From Thermoplasmatota archaeon (lineage in GTDB: Archaea > Thermoplasmatota > Penumbrarchaeia > Penumbrarchaeales > Penumbrarchaeaceae): a stretch of DNA of 64,000 bases. Shown piece by piece: positions 28,824-38,183 of the stretch (its first letter is position 1; each line of letters begins with the position of its first letter). A program made the translations under genes and the position numbers. The stretch covers positions 516-64,515 of the forward strand of contig JALOTP010000016.1 of NCBI GenBank assembly GCA_025457865.1, written 5' to 3'. The notes beneath the pieces were generated by a model. It searched no databases. It was not told the origin of the DNA and saw only the letters and a program-made list of their open reading frames with translations.

Positions 28824-31568
28824 ATGCAAAACCGTCCTTGGAATGCTGGGTCGAAGACCATGGCGATCCTTGCCGTTCTCCTCTTCATGCTCTCCACCAT
28901 CATGGTATTCTTCGCACCAGCACCGATGGGGGAGCCCACCCGTGCCCTCCCTCAGAAGTACGATCTGTCCCCCAGGGTCGTCTATCACGGCGCAGCCTCC
29001 ACCACCTACTCGGGCGAGGCTTGCGTCCAGATGGTGTTCGATTACCATGGCCCGTCCGTCACCCAGCAGGACATACGCAACGTTTCCACAGGCCTCAGGG
29101 ACGATGGTGACGTAGCAACCTCCGGAGAGCTCGCAAGGGCCATCCATTTCTCATCGCTGAGCCTCCTTTCCCCCACTCAGAGGGGTTACAGGGAAAGGGC
29201 GCTGGGCTACGGTGCGTTCAGCAACGATTGGACCAATGACAGGAGCGACCCCAGTCCCAGGTTCGCCTCGAGATGGACCGACCTCATGACGGCCATATAC
29301 GAGGGTCATCCCGTTTCGCTCATGACATATCTGGACATGCCGCCGGTACTGGGTGCGCCCAAACCACCCGATCCCCAGAACCCTCAGCTTCCTACACCAC
29401 CTGTGGGATTGGGCGACCTTGCAGCCTTGGAGAAGGTATGGCGGCTTGTCGTTGGCTACGATAACGGCGGTGCGCTATTCTATGTCTATGACCCGCTCAC
29501 TGTGGGGACAGGGTTCCTTGGCGGCGGTGGAAGGAAGGCCATCACCAGAGAGAACCTGGACAAGCTCTGGAACATCACAACGCTCGATGAGGGCTCGTTC
29601 AAGAGCCACAGGGTCGGCCTGACCGGTGCCCCATGGAAGCTGGCCGACATCAAGGCCCCGAGGACCGTTGAGGCCGGGACCACTTTCACGATCAGCGTGA
29701 ACGTGACCTACTGGGCTCCCCCGAATATGAACGGCGAAACGGTGAACAGGCCGCAGGCCGTCCTTGACACCCCGGACGAATATTCTGTCGAGGACAGCGA
29801 CACTTCGCTCCCTCTGACGGGGATCTCCGGACCCAATACGTTCAGGGTCGTCGAGTGGACCGTCAGGGCGCCAGATAGGTCATATGCAGGCCAGGATACC
29901 GCTTTCTACATCAATGCCTCGGGGACCGTCATATCAGAATCACAGCCCAGACATACCGATTCCATAGGTGAGGGGGTCCAGGTCAAGATAGAGGCGTTCG
30001 GCTTCCTGAACCACCCGCCCGTCATAACCACCTCACAGATAGACCCCGCCCTCATACCTGACGACGGCACCATCCAACCGCTCGTGAGCGCAAAGGTCAC
30101 CGATGAGGACGGCAACATCCAGACCGTACAGGTCGACCTCACCCCCATAGGCGGTCCATCGACCCAGCGGATGTACGATGACGGTTCGAACGGGGATGCC
30201 GTCGAGAAGGACGGTACTTATTCCTATAGTATTACCAAGACCGTCCAGCGCGGTGAGCACATAATCAGGATCACCGTCAAGGACACCAAAGGTGGGAAGG
30301 CCTACAGCAATCTTACCCTTGTAGTGGAGGATGCAGCAAGCTTCACCGAGGCCCCCAGGCTCACCTCTCTCGGCTTCACGCCCTCGAGAGCGCCCAACGA
30401 TGCCACGAACGCTGTCAAGGCCTGGGCGATCGTTACCGACAAGGAGGACGACCTTACCAATGTCGAAGTGGACCTCTCCCAGGTCGGCGGGGACAGCGCC
30501 TATCCGCTCAGCGATGATGGGACGGGTGGTGACGTCTTTCCCCTGGACGGGAACTATACCGCTGATATCACCATTGGTGCGGCCGTTGAGCTCGGGATGT
30601 ACCAGATAGGCTTTTCGGCCGTAGATTCGGTCGGCCACAGGACCATCGCGACCGCTTGGCTCGAGGTCGTCCTCCCACCGGTCCCTCCCGTGGTCAAGAG
30701 CGCGGATACCGACCCCGAGGAGGTGGATAACGACGGTAAGACCAAGGTTCGGCTCGTCGTTGTCGTATCGGACGACAATGATGACATAGAGCGCGTCCAT
30801 ACTGACCTCACTCCCATCAAAGGCATGGCCGAAACCCCGCTCCGCAACGATGGCAAGGGAGGGGACCTTGCTGCCGGGGACGATACCTGGACGCTCGAGT
30901 TCACGGTTCCGACCGCGGCCTCCCCCGGCCTCAAGGGGAAGATCGATGTCACGGTCGTTGACATGGCTGGCCTGGAGGGCAAGGGCTCCTTCACATTGAG
31001 GGTCAACAAGGCAAACTCCGCCCCGGAGATATCCACCTATTCCGTCCGCACGGTATCCGGCAGGGTCGAGAACGAGTTCGCACCGGGCACCGTCGTGGTC
31101 ATCACCGTCAATGCCTCCGATCCGGACAGCGATGTGCTCTCCCTGACCTTGAACTTCACGGAGCTACCACTTGCCGATATCCCCCTCCTCGATGACGGCG
31201 CCTCCCCGGATGCCGAAGCGTCCGACAACGTCTTCTCGGCCAGGTTCACCATACCCTCAGGGACGAAGGAGGGCGCTTACAACATCACCGTCCTTGCTCA
31301 GGACCCCAAGGGGACCAAGGACCAGTTGAGGGTCAGATTGTACGTCACGGGGAGCGGAAAGGGGGACACCTCGCTCAAGCTCTCACCGATGGTATATATC
31401 GGGGTCCCTGTAGTGCTCTTCCTTGTGCTCTTGGTCCTGTTCGTTCTCATCTTCCTTAAGAGGACCTCGCCCGCTAAGGTGAGAAGGGGATATGCTCCGC
31501 CACTCATGCAGCAGGGAATGGGCAGGGGGCAGCCGCCGGTCTTCCAGCCCTACGTCGGGCCGAGGTAG
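28824..31568 (+). CDS. Membrane-anchored surface protein: N-terminal papain/C39-like region, about four ~110-aa Ig-like repeats and a C-terminal TM anchor
   Basis: The probable start is the M at 28860 (MAILAVLLFMLSTIMVFFAPAP). Repeats between ~30008 and 31350 follow the pattern (V/A)xVTDxDxxxxxVxVDL(T/S)xIGG....L.DDG..GD...xDGxY(S/T). The C-terminal helix is IGVPVVLFLVLLVLFVLIFLKR. Confidence 0.8.
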   Translation: MQNRPWNAGSKTMAILAVLLFMLSTIMVFFAPAPMGEPTRALPQKYDLSPRVVYHGAASTTYSGEACVQMVFDYHGPSVTQQDIRNVSTGLRDDGDVATSGELARAIHFSSLSLLSPTQRGYRERALGYGAFSNDWTNDRSDPSPRFASRWTDLMTAIYEGHPVSLMTYLDMPPVLGAPKPPDPQNPQLPTPPVGLGDLAALEKVWRLVVGYDNGGALFYVYDPLTVGTGFLGGGGRKAITRENLDKLWNITTLDEGSFKSHRVGLTGAPWKLADIKAPRTVEAGTTFTISVNVTYWAPPNMNGETVNRPQAVLDTPDEYSVEDSDTSLPLTGISGPNTFRVVEWTVRAPDRSYAGQDTAFYINASGTVISESQPRHTDSIGEGVQVKIEAFGFLNHPPVITTSQIDPALIPDDGTIQPLVSAKVTDEDGNIQTVQVDLTPIGGPSTQRMYDDGSNGDAVEKDGTYSYSITKTVQRGEHIIRITVKDTKGGKAYSNLTLVVEDAASFTEAPRLTSLGFTPSRAPNDATNAVKAWAIVTDKEDDLTNVEVDLSQVGGDSAYPLSDDGTGGDVFPLDGNYTADITIGAAVELGMYQIGFSAVDSVGHRTIATAWLEVVLPPVPPVVKSADTDPEEVDNDGKTKVRLVVVVSDDNDDIERVHTDLTPIKGMAETPLRNDGKGGDLAAGDDTWTLEFTVPTAASPGLKGKIDVTVVDMAGLEGKGSFTLRVNKANSAPEISTYSVRTVSGRVENEFAPGTVVVITVNASDPDSDVLSLTLNFTELPLADIPLLDDGASPDAEASDNVFSARFTIPSGTKEGAYNITVLAQDPKGTKDQLRVRLYVTGSGKGDTSLKLSPMVYIGVPVVLFLVLLVLFVLIFLKRTSPAKVRRGYAPPLMQQGMGRGQPPVFQPYVGPR

Positions 31569-31572
31569 GCCG

Positions 31573-32580
31573 ATGCGTTTCACCTTGGACGGTCGGATGG
31601 TGGACCGTCCGTGCCTCTGGCCGGTCGAAGGGGGGATAGAGCACATTGACCAGAGGAAGCTGCCAGGGAGTACCATCATCGAAAGGTCGAAGACCCTTAA
31701 GGAGCAGTTGGAGGCCATCAGAACGCTCTCGGTGAGAGGGGCCCCAGCGTTGGGTGTCTTCGCAGGTCTCTCCTTTGCATTCGGACTGGAACGGGGCAGT
31801 GACCCGAACGACCTCAAGCTTGCCATCCTTTCTGCCAGGCCCACGGCGGTCGATCCCAGGAATGCCGTATGTGAAGTGGAAGATGCCTTCCTCATCTCAG
31901 GGCCAAAGGGGGCGATGTCCAAAGCCCTTGAGATAATGGAGAGGACCATATCGCAATGCAGGCAGATAGGGGAGCATGGGGCGAGATTGGTACCGGACGG
32001 TGGCAGAGTGATGACCCACTGCAACGCAGGCGCCCTGGCAACGGTTGACTGGGGGACTGCCCTGGCCCCGATCAGGATGAAGGCCAGGCAAGGGGGGGAC
32101 CCCTTCGTCTGGGTCAGCGAGACAAGGCCCCTGCTCCAGGGATCGAGGCTGACGGCATGGGAGCTCGCCCAGGAACGGATACGTCATTCCCTCATAGTGG
32201 ACTCATCCTCAGGACATCTGATGAGCCAGGGGCTCGTGGACCTTGTCATCGTCGGGGCTGACAGGGTCGCAAGGAACGGCGATGTGGTGAACAAGATAGG
32301 TACCTACGATAAGGCCGTCCTTGCCAGGGAGAACAACGTTCCGTTCTATGTTGCATTGCCCCTATCGACATTGGATGCCGATACGGCAACAGGGGCCGAT
32401 ATCGTCCTAGAGGAGCGACCAGCCGAGGAGATCACGGACATGAACGGGATGGCTACCGCACCCGAGATTTCCCCCGCGTTCAACCCGGCGTTCGATATGA
32501 CCCCCCACAGGTACATCACCGGGTACGTGACCCCAAGGGGTGTGCTCGACAGGGAAGGGCTCCTCGAACTGTTCCATTGA
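31573..32580 (+). CDS. mtnA: Methylthioribose-1-phosphate isomerase (aIF-2B I / MtnA family)
   Basis: It has IEHIDQRKLPG, VRGAPALG, NAGALATVDWGTALAPI, ETRPLLQGSRLTAWEL, GADRVARNGDVVNKIGTY and PFYVALPLSTLD. The ATG at 31573 follows the stop of the upstream gene. The track ORF (31492) has an unlikely basic extension. Confidence 0.85.
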   Translation: MRFTLDGRMVDRPCLWPVEGGIEHIDQRKLPGSTIIERSKTLKEQLEAIRTLSVRGAPALGVFAGLSFAFGLERGSDPNDLKLAILSARPTAVDPRNAVCEVEDAFLISGPKGAMSKALEIMERTISQCRQIGEHGARLVPDGGRVMTHCNAGALATVDWGTALAPIRMKARQGGDPFVWVSETRPLLQGSRLTAWELAQERIRHSLIVDSSSGHLMSQGLVDLVIVGADRVARNGDVVNKIGTYDKAVLARENNVPFYVALPLSTLDADTATGADIVLEERPAEEITDMNGMATAPEISPAFNPAFDMTPHRYITGYVTPRGVLDREGLLELFH

Positions 32581-32589
32581 TATGGGCGA

Positions 32590-35500
32590 TCATTCCTCTT
32601 CTTCGCCCTCTCCCTCCTCCGAACCTTCCTCGGAGGGCTCTTCCTCCTCTTCTGTGGGTTTCCCGGTCATGACTAGGACTATGGCGCCTATCACGACCAT
32701 CACCACGAACAGAGCGAAGAGGATGGACGGGACCGTTTCTCCCATGAGCTCAAGCTCATCGTCCTTCTCCTTGGAGAAATCGCCCCAGTACTTCACCGAA
32801 CCGTCTATGTCCTCGTAGGCCCCCGAGTCCTCATCGACCTGTTTGTAATAGACATAGGCTACCAGGTTTCCCTTTGATGCAAGCAAGGCCTTCATTGTAT
32901 GTGCCTTGACCAGTAGGGGTAGCTGCGCAAGCATTGCCTTGGTGGCATTGGCCTTCGCCATCATCATGGCCTTGGTCGTGGCATTGAAGGCTATCTCAAG
33001 GTCCAAAGCGGGCTTTGTCCCATCGGCGATGAGGAGCAGCTGTGAGGTGTAGATGGCCTTCCCGACAGCAGTCTGTTGCTCGAGCTGGTAGAGTTCGATA
33101 TCGGTAGTTAGGACTGGGACTATTGTCTCAGCGATGGCCCACCCTATCAACCAATTGGCCTGCGCCCACGAGGCCTTGGTCGAAGCGGTCGCGTGGAAGG
33201 TGTTGTTGCTGTAACCACCTCCCACCGCCGCTGGTAGTTCGAAGTCAAGGTTCACCTTGGCATCGAGAACGGCCCCGGTCTGGATATCGACGAGCCATGT
33301 GTAGGTCATGGTCGTATTGAGGAAGAAGGCCGAAAGGGCGGGGTTCACCAGGGAGCCGGGCAACTTTGTGTGATTGGTCCATACATAGGTCACATTGTCG
33401 GTGGTGGTGGCGGTCGGGGCCGCAACGCCAAAGAGCTTGTTACCTGCAAGGGTCAATATCATGGGATAGGCCGCTTCGGAGGTCGGCTCCTTCGGGAACA
33501 ACCAGTATGTACCGCTCCCCTGAAGGGTCTCGTTCAGGACCTCGTGGGAAGTGATGTTGATGGGGAACTCGATATAGGAGACAGGTAGGAACGGAGTGCC
33601 GTTATCGAACGTAGCTGTGGTCGTGATATTTATCAAGGCCATATGTTCGACTGGCATTACAAGCGCGGTCCCCACGATGTGCTGGGTCATGGTCACGTTC
33701 TTTCCGCCAATGGCACCCTTCACGCTCGAGGTCGAGTCAAGGTTCTTGTAGATCCAATCATAGGTCGGCGGGACCAACTTGATGGACATCTCCCTTGTGA
33801 TGTTGAGGAGCGTCCCGGTGAAGATATCGACCGTATAGACGAAGGTGCAGCCGTAATATGCGCTCCCGCCCGGTATCTGGACCGCTTTGCCCAGGGCTGC
33901 AGAGACCTGGGGCCAAGTGAGAGGTATGTTGGAGAGCTTCATGACATATTCGGCGACGTTGAGACCAGATACCGTGTACCGTTTTCCGAGCACTGCCGGG
34001 GCCGATATGCCCAGGTCGGAGTTGTAAAGCACGAAGGAGGCGGGTATCTCCCCGGTCTCGTTCAACAGTCCAACGGGGAACGTGAACACGCCCGTCCTTG
34101 TCGTGTCGGACCAGCCCGGAGCGTCAGTGTATGCCATCGTCACAGCGTCCACACCGAACTTCGATACTACCGGAGGGGCCATGAGCGTGCCGTTGGGCAG
34201 GTGCTTGGATACCGTTTCCTGCATCTTTGCCACTGCGAAGGTGGCATCGGTGTAGCCTGAGCAGTTTATGATCTGCTCCACGTAGATGGTCATCGTCATG
34301 GGCTGCTGCGTCGTCGGGTCAACGCTCACGACGGTCGTGTTGAGGGTCATGGTCTTGTTGATCATAGCCGTATCAAGGGGCAGTCTGCGTGCGTTCTGCG
34401 GCCTCCAGTTCCTAAGGTGCTTGGAGGCATCGAGGACTATCCCGGTCTGCGGTTCGATGTAGTAGAACATATCAAGGTCGGCCCGCCCGCCCGCAAGGTA
34501 TGTCGCGTTCACGACATGGATGTGGTATATGTTCGCGATGAGGGGCAGGAAGCTCGTATTGTCCACGCCCTCGTAAACGGCATTGAGCTCCGTTCCGAAC
34601 CCATCGTCCCAGATGGAGTAATTGTTGGCACCGACGCCGGTCAAGGGGAACATGTACTGCCCCGTCCTGCCAGGTCCTGCATGGGCCCCGGTCGAGGCAT
34701 TGAAGATGACCTGGAAGGCCGAGTTCAGCATAGGAAGGGGGGACCCGGAGGAGGTCGTGACCTCCACGGACTCGTTGGTCGTAAGCAGGTAGCCGTCTGC
34801 TTCTACGACCTCAAGGGACCTGACGGCAAGGATGTCGTTGAAAGTGTTGAAGGTCGCCGTTATCGGATCGAATATGGTGACCCCACCCTTGAACCCTGTA
34901 GTGGAATTGAAGTTCGACGGGTACTTGATCTCAGGTATCGCCGGGAGGTCTGGAAGGTAAAGGTACTGTTTGATCTCCTTGGAATAGTCCACTATGGTCC
35001 CTGTCAGTGGATGGACCCATGCCTTCTCCCAGAGCGTCAGCTTCATCTTTGAAGCGGGTCCGAGGGACCCGAGTGAGGCCTTCTGTGCGGCCGAGAGCGG
35101 GACCTCGTAATCTATCTCCTTACCATAGAAGACATAGCATTCGACGCCCCCTTTGGTCTCCTTGCCCATGTATTTCGCTTCGGACCAGTTGAGGATGTTC
35201 ATGGACCATATCTTGTAATCCTTATCCTTGTCCACGGGTATTGAGAAGACCCAGTTGACGTCATCCTTGTCAGTGTAGGTCATCTCGTAGCCATCGTGGT
35301 TGTCTACGTAGTAGAGGGTAAGGTCCTTGTCGTCAACGTTGAAGGTGTTGTGCTTGGCAAGGTCGGGGAGGAAAACGTTGGTCGTCCCGTTCACCAGAGC
35401 CCTGATGTTCTCGTCCATCTTCAGCTGTCCGTTGTCCAGCCTCTCCAGTGTCTGGATGTGCCTGTCAACGGTGAAGTTGGCCCTATCAGTCCTTCCCGTG

Positions 35501-35679
35501 GTCATGTTGAGCTTATTTATGTATCCCCCGTAAACGAAGTGGTCGTCGAAATCCTCGGGGAACGCGGCCTCATCAAGGGCTTTGGGCACCTCGACGAACT
35601 TGATGAATCCCCCGAACCCTCCCAGGACCAATCCCAGGACGATCAACGCTACACCTATGACCTTGGCTATGGTGCTCAT
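32590..35679 (-). CDS. 1029-aa envelope protein anchored by N- and C-terminal hydrophobic helices, sequon-rich; a candidate major surface or S-layer-type glycoprotein
   Basis: The N-terminal helix is IAKVIGVALIVLGLVLGGFGGFIKF. The C-terminal helix is SILFALFVVMVVIGAIVLVMTG, followed by the acidic tail EEEEPSEEGSEEGEGEEEE. I hand-counted about 27 N-x-S/T sequons. A GGAGGT Shine-Dalgarno sequence lies 7 nt before the ATG. Confidence 0.8.
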   Translation of the reverse strand: MSTIAKVIGVALIVLGLVLGGFGGFIKFVEVPKALDEAAFPEDFDDHFVYGGYINKLNMTTGRTDRANFTVDRHIQTLERLDNGQLKMDENIRALVNGTTNVFLPDLAKHNTFNVDDKDLTLYYVDNHDGYEMTYTDKDDVNWVFSIPVDKDKDYKIWSMNILNWSEAKYMGKETKGGVECYVFYGKEIDYEVPLSAAQKASLGSLGPASKMKLTLWEKAWVHPLTGTIVDYSKEIKQYLYLPDLPAIPEIKYPSNFNSTTGFKGGVTIFDPITATFNTFNDILAVRSLEVVEADGYLLTTNESVEVTTSSGSPLPMLNSAFQVIFNASTGAHAGPGRTGQYMFPLTGVGANNYSIWDDGFGTELNAVYEGVDNTSFLPLIANIYHIHVVNATYLAGGRADLDMFYYIEPQTGIVLDASKHLRNWRPQNARRLPLDTAMINKTMTLNTTVVSVDPTTQQPMTMTIYVEQIINCSGYTDATFAVAKMQETVSKHLPNGTLMAPPVVSKFGVDAVTMAYTDAPGWSDTTRTGVFTFPVGLLNETGEIPASFVLYNSDLGISAPAVLGKRYTVSGLNVAEYVMKLSNIPLTWPQVSAALGKAVQIPGGSAYYGCTFVYTVDIFTGTLLNITREMSIKLVPPTYDWIYKNLDSTSSVKGAIGGKNVTMTQHIVGTALVMPVEHMALINITTTATFDNGTPFLPVSYIEFPINITSHEVLNETLQGSGTYWLFPKEPTSEAAYPMILTLAGNKLFGVAAPTATTTDNVTYVWTNHTKLPGSLVNPALSAFFLNTTMTYTWLVDIQTGAVLDAKVNLDFELPAAVGGGYSNNTFHATASTKASWAQANWLIGWAIAETIVPVLTTDIELYQLEQQTAVGKAIYTSQLLLIADGTKPALDLEIAFNATTKAMMMAKANATKAMLAQLPLLVKAHTMKALLASKGNLVAYVYYKQVDEDSGAYEDIDGSVKYWGDFSKEKDDELELMGETVPSILFALFVVMVVIGAIVLVMTGKPTEEEEEPSEEGSEEGEGEEEE

Positions 35680-35686
35680 GGTTTCT

Positions 35687-35757
35687 ACCTCCTGCTCAGG
35701 TCCCCGTCGGGGACACTGCTATACCCCGTTGGGAAAGATGCATTCTGCTATATAAAA
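35687..35757 (-). promoter_or_regulatory. Putative promoter and ribosome-binding site of the 1029-aa envelope gene
   Basis: On the minus strand, a TATA-like TTTTATATA lies at 35757-35749 and GGAGGT at 35692-35687, ahead of the ATG at 35679. The TATA could equally serve the divergent plsC-like gene. Confidence 0.35.
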
Positions 35758-35852
35758 TGAGCACGGATGGTGCATAAAGACCCAAGGCCAGCCCGTATAG
35801 TGCCCCTTTCTCCGACAAATATTTCTATGCAATCGATATTTGGAGGTCCAGT

Positions 35853-36551
35853 ATGAGCATAGGGACCTACCTTCTACCGGAAAGGGTCTTTTTGCTACCC
35901 CTCCTCAGGACATTCCTTATCGACCGTGAGATCGGAAGGGAGAACCTCCGCCATGATACTCCATATATCTTCGCCATCAATCACAACAGCCACCTTGACG
36001 AGTTCGTGGTCATGCCCCCTATAGTGCTCGGGACAAGGAGGAAGACCCATTTCTTCGCCGACAGGAAGCACTGGTTCGAGGGGAAGATATACCTGCGTTT
36101 GCTCGCGATGCGCTTCAAGGCCATACCCGTTGACAGGGGGAAGGGGACCGGGGACAATGCTCTCAAGAAGGGATTGGAGTACCTCCGCAGAGGCCACAAT
36201 ATCATAATCTACCCGGAAGGGACAAGGGGCCAAGGGTTCGAACTCCAGAAGGGCAAGGTCGGCGTTGCAAAGCTTGCGCTCTGGTCGGGGGTCCCTGTGG
36301 TCCCCGTTGGGGTCTGGGGGACCCATCTTCTAATGCCCAAGGGCAAGCACAGCCCTTCGTTCAGGAAGATCGTTACGGTGAAGGTCGGAAAGCCCTTATC
36401 TTTCAGGGAGTTCATGGGCCGGACCGACGACCTTCAGGTCCTCAGGACCATAACGGACAGGGTAATGGTGGAGATAGCAAGGCTCCTCGGTCAGGAATAC
36501 AGGCCCGATGGCGATCTAATCAAGCTCGAGACGTCCCCTCAATCCGCATGA
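35853..36551 (+). CDS. 1-acyl-sn-glycerol-3-phosphate acyltransferase-like protein (PlsC family)
   Basis: It has the HX4D box (AINHNSHLDEF), the IIIYPEGTRG box and a VPVVPVGVWG block. It is 232 aa. Confidence 0.85.
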   Translation: MSIGTYLLPERVFLLPLLRTFLIDREIGRENLRHDTPYIFAINHNSHLDEFVVMPPIVLGTRRKTHFFADRKHWFEGKIYLRLLAMRFKAIPVDRGKGTGDNALKKGLEYLRRGHNIIIYPEGTRGQGFELQKGKVGVAKLALWSGVPVVPVGVWGTHLLMPKGKHSPSFRKIVTVKVGKPLSFREFMGRTDDLQVLRTITDRVMVEIARLLGQEYRPDGDLIKLETSPQSA

Positions 36552-37517
36552 TGGGCATTCGAAATGCCCCTTTTTATCGGTGATCGGTTCGAACGATATA
36601 TTGCATCGGGGGCAATCGACCTTCTCAATGGGGGTTCTTTGGCCCCTATCGGTCCTGATCCTCCTACGTAACTCCTTGATGGGTCGTTCGGTCTTCCTCC
36701 CATGCTCTTCCTTTGATGCATCCCCCCCATCATCGACCGATTCGAAAGCATCCTCTTCGCCCCATTCCTCAGGAGATAGGGTGCCGCTTTCCTCTTCTGG
36801 TCCCTCAGCAGTCTCTGGTGGGGAAGGGTTTACGATCTCAGGGGCGGCTTTGGTCTCTTGGGGAATGTAACGCTCGGCCCCCATGGATAGCAGCGAATCC
36901 CTGGCCGCCTGGTCATGCTTGTTGATGATCAACGCCCTCTGCAAGGAGAATATGGAACCGTCCCTGTCCCCTATCTGTCTGAGGGTTATGCCCCTATTGC
37001 ACCAAGCGCTCCCGTTCCCGGGGTCTATCTCCACTGCGGAATCGAAAAAGGTCAGGGCGTTAAGGTGGTCCTGTTCGAGAAGGGAGATGAGGACCCCTTT
37101 GAGCACAAGGGCGGGGGAGGACCGGGGGTCAAGACCAAGGGCCTTGTCGACCTGTGCCATGGCAGCTCTGTAGTCCTTGAGCGAGTACATGATATTGGCG
37201 CATAGGATCTGGTGGTCGAAATTGTCAGGAGAGAGCCTGCATGCCCTGTCGGCTGCCCTTCTGGCCATATCGAGCTTCCCCATCTCCTCTAGCACGCTGG
37301 CCTTGGCTGCCCAGAGCTCGGGGTCCGAGAGGTGGAGGACTAGGGCCATGTCCAATCTCTTCATGGCCTCGTTCAGGTCCCCCCGCTTCCGAAGCAGAAG
37401 GGATTCCATGAAGAGGAACCTGGGCCTGGGCAGGTCCTTTGCAAGGGCTTCCAGGAGCTTCTGGGCCCTACCAAGGTCCCTCTGTCCGAGGGCGTCGAGG
37501 AAAGCCGCCTCCCTCAT
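36516..37517 (-). CDS. TPR-repeat protein with an acidic linker and a C-terminal zinc ribbon
   Basis: It has TPR-like helical repeats (ALVLHLSDPELWAAKASVLEEMGKLDMARRAADRACRLSPDN...) and the ribbon CPRCNISFEPITDKKGHFECPSCG. The probable start ATG at 37517 forms an ATGA overlap with the upstream stop. The track ORF extends to 37691. Confidence 0.75.
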   Translation of the reverse strand: MREAAFLDALGQRDLGRAQKLLEALAKDLPRPRFLFMESLLLRKRGDLNEAMKRLDMALVLHLSDPELWAAKASVLEEMGKLDMARRAADRACRLSPDNFDHQILCANIMYSLKDYRAAMAQVDKALGLDPRSSPALVLKGVLISLLEQDHLNALTFFDSAVEIDPGNGSAWCNRGITLRQIGDRDGSIFSLQRALIINKHDQAARDSLLSMGAERYIPQETKAAPEIVNPSPPETAEGPEEESGTLSPEEWGEEDAFESVDDGGDASKEEHGRKTERPIKELRRRIRTDRGQRTPIEKVDCPRCNISFEPITDKKGHFECPSCGLRGRLELD

Positions 37518-38005
37518 AGGGCCTCCTTCCTGTCCTTGAGATACCTCTCCCTGTCTATGGTGAAGACGTACCTGATGGGTATCCGCTCCCTTGACCCTGT
37601 CCAGTAATGACATAGCGCACAGAGCTTTCCAGTGGAGACGGTCCAGCCGTACAGCGTGGAGTTCTTGATATCGTCCATCCGTGTTCCGCATACGGGGCAG
37701 TTCGTCCTATGGTCCCTGCGGTCGCCGTCCCTGCAGAGGATGATGAGCTCGAGCCCCTCCATTCCCGCGGCTATCCTTCTGAGCCTCTTCTGCGAAAGTT
37801 TGACCCTCTCTTCGTTGCGGGTTCGGAGCCTCTCCATCACAAGATCGTGCAGTCGGGTCTGGGACCTGACCGTCATGGCGTCCTTCATGACCTCAGCAAT
37901 GATCTCTCTAACCTTGTCGGCTCGAGGGACCCTGTAGCCGGGCTTCTTCCTTTCGGACGGGGCCATGCCGATGGAAGGTGGTCTACCTTGAAAAAGAAAT
38001 CGCAA
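37514..38005 (-). CDS. Hypothetical zinc-ribbon protein (163 aa)
   Basis: It has a CPVCG...CALCHYW four-Cys/His arrangement and is basic. It is translationally coupled to the TPR gene. I recognised no family. Confidence 0.55.
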   Translation of the reverse strand: MRFLFQGRPPSIGMAPSERKKPGYRVPRADKVREIIAEVMKDAMTVRSQTRLHDLVMERLRTRNEERVKLSQKRLRRIAAGMEGLELIILCRDGDRRDHRTNCPVCGTRMDDIKNSTLYGWTVSTGKLCALCHYWTGSRERIPIRYVFTIDRERYLKDRKEAL

Positions 38006-38183
38006 GGATTATAGCCTGAAGGAAAAGAACAGGGCGGAGAAAAGGGGATAGCAAAACCCCGCCCTTCGGTTAGGGATGCATGCGGTAGGCCATGAGCAGG
38101 CCACGCCTCATACAAGATAGAGGAGGGCCAAGGGGTTCTTAAAAGAGAATATGGGGGGTGACCGAATGTACAGTCCCGTACGC

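Noticed and set aside
38006-38183. Inverted repeat agggcgg...ccgccct downstream of rps17e, considered as a possible ncRNA or terminator
   Set aside because: It is short and isolated. Archaeal termination usually relies on T-tracts, and a TTCTCTTTT tract is present on the minus strand. There is not enough evidence to call an RNA gene.
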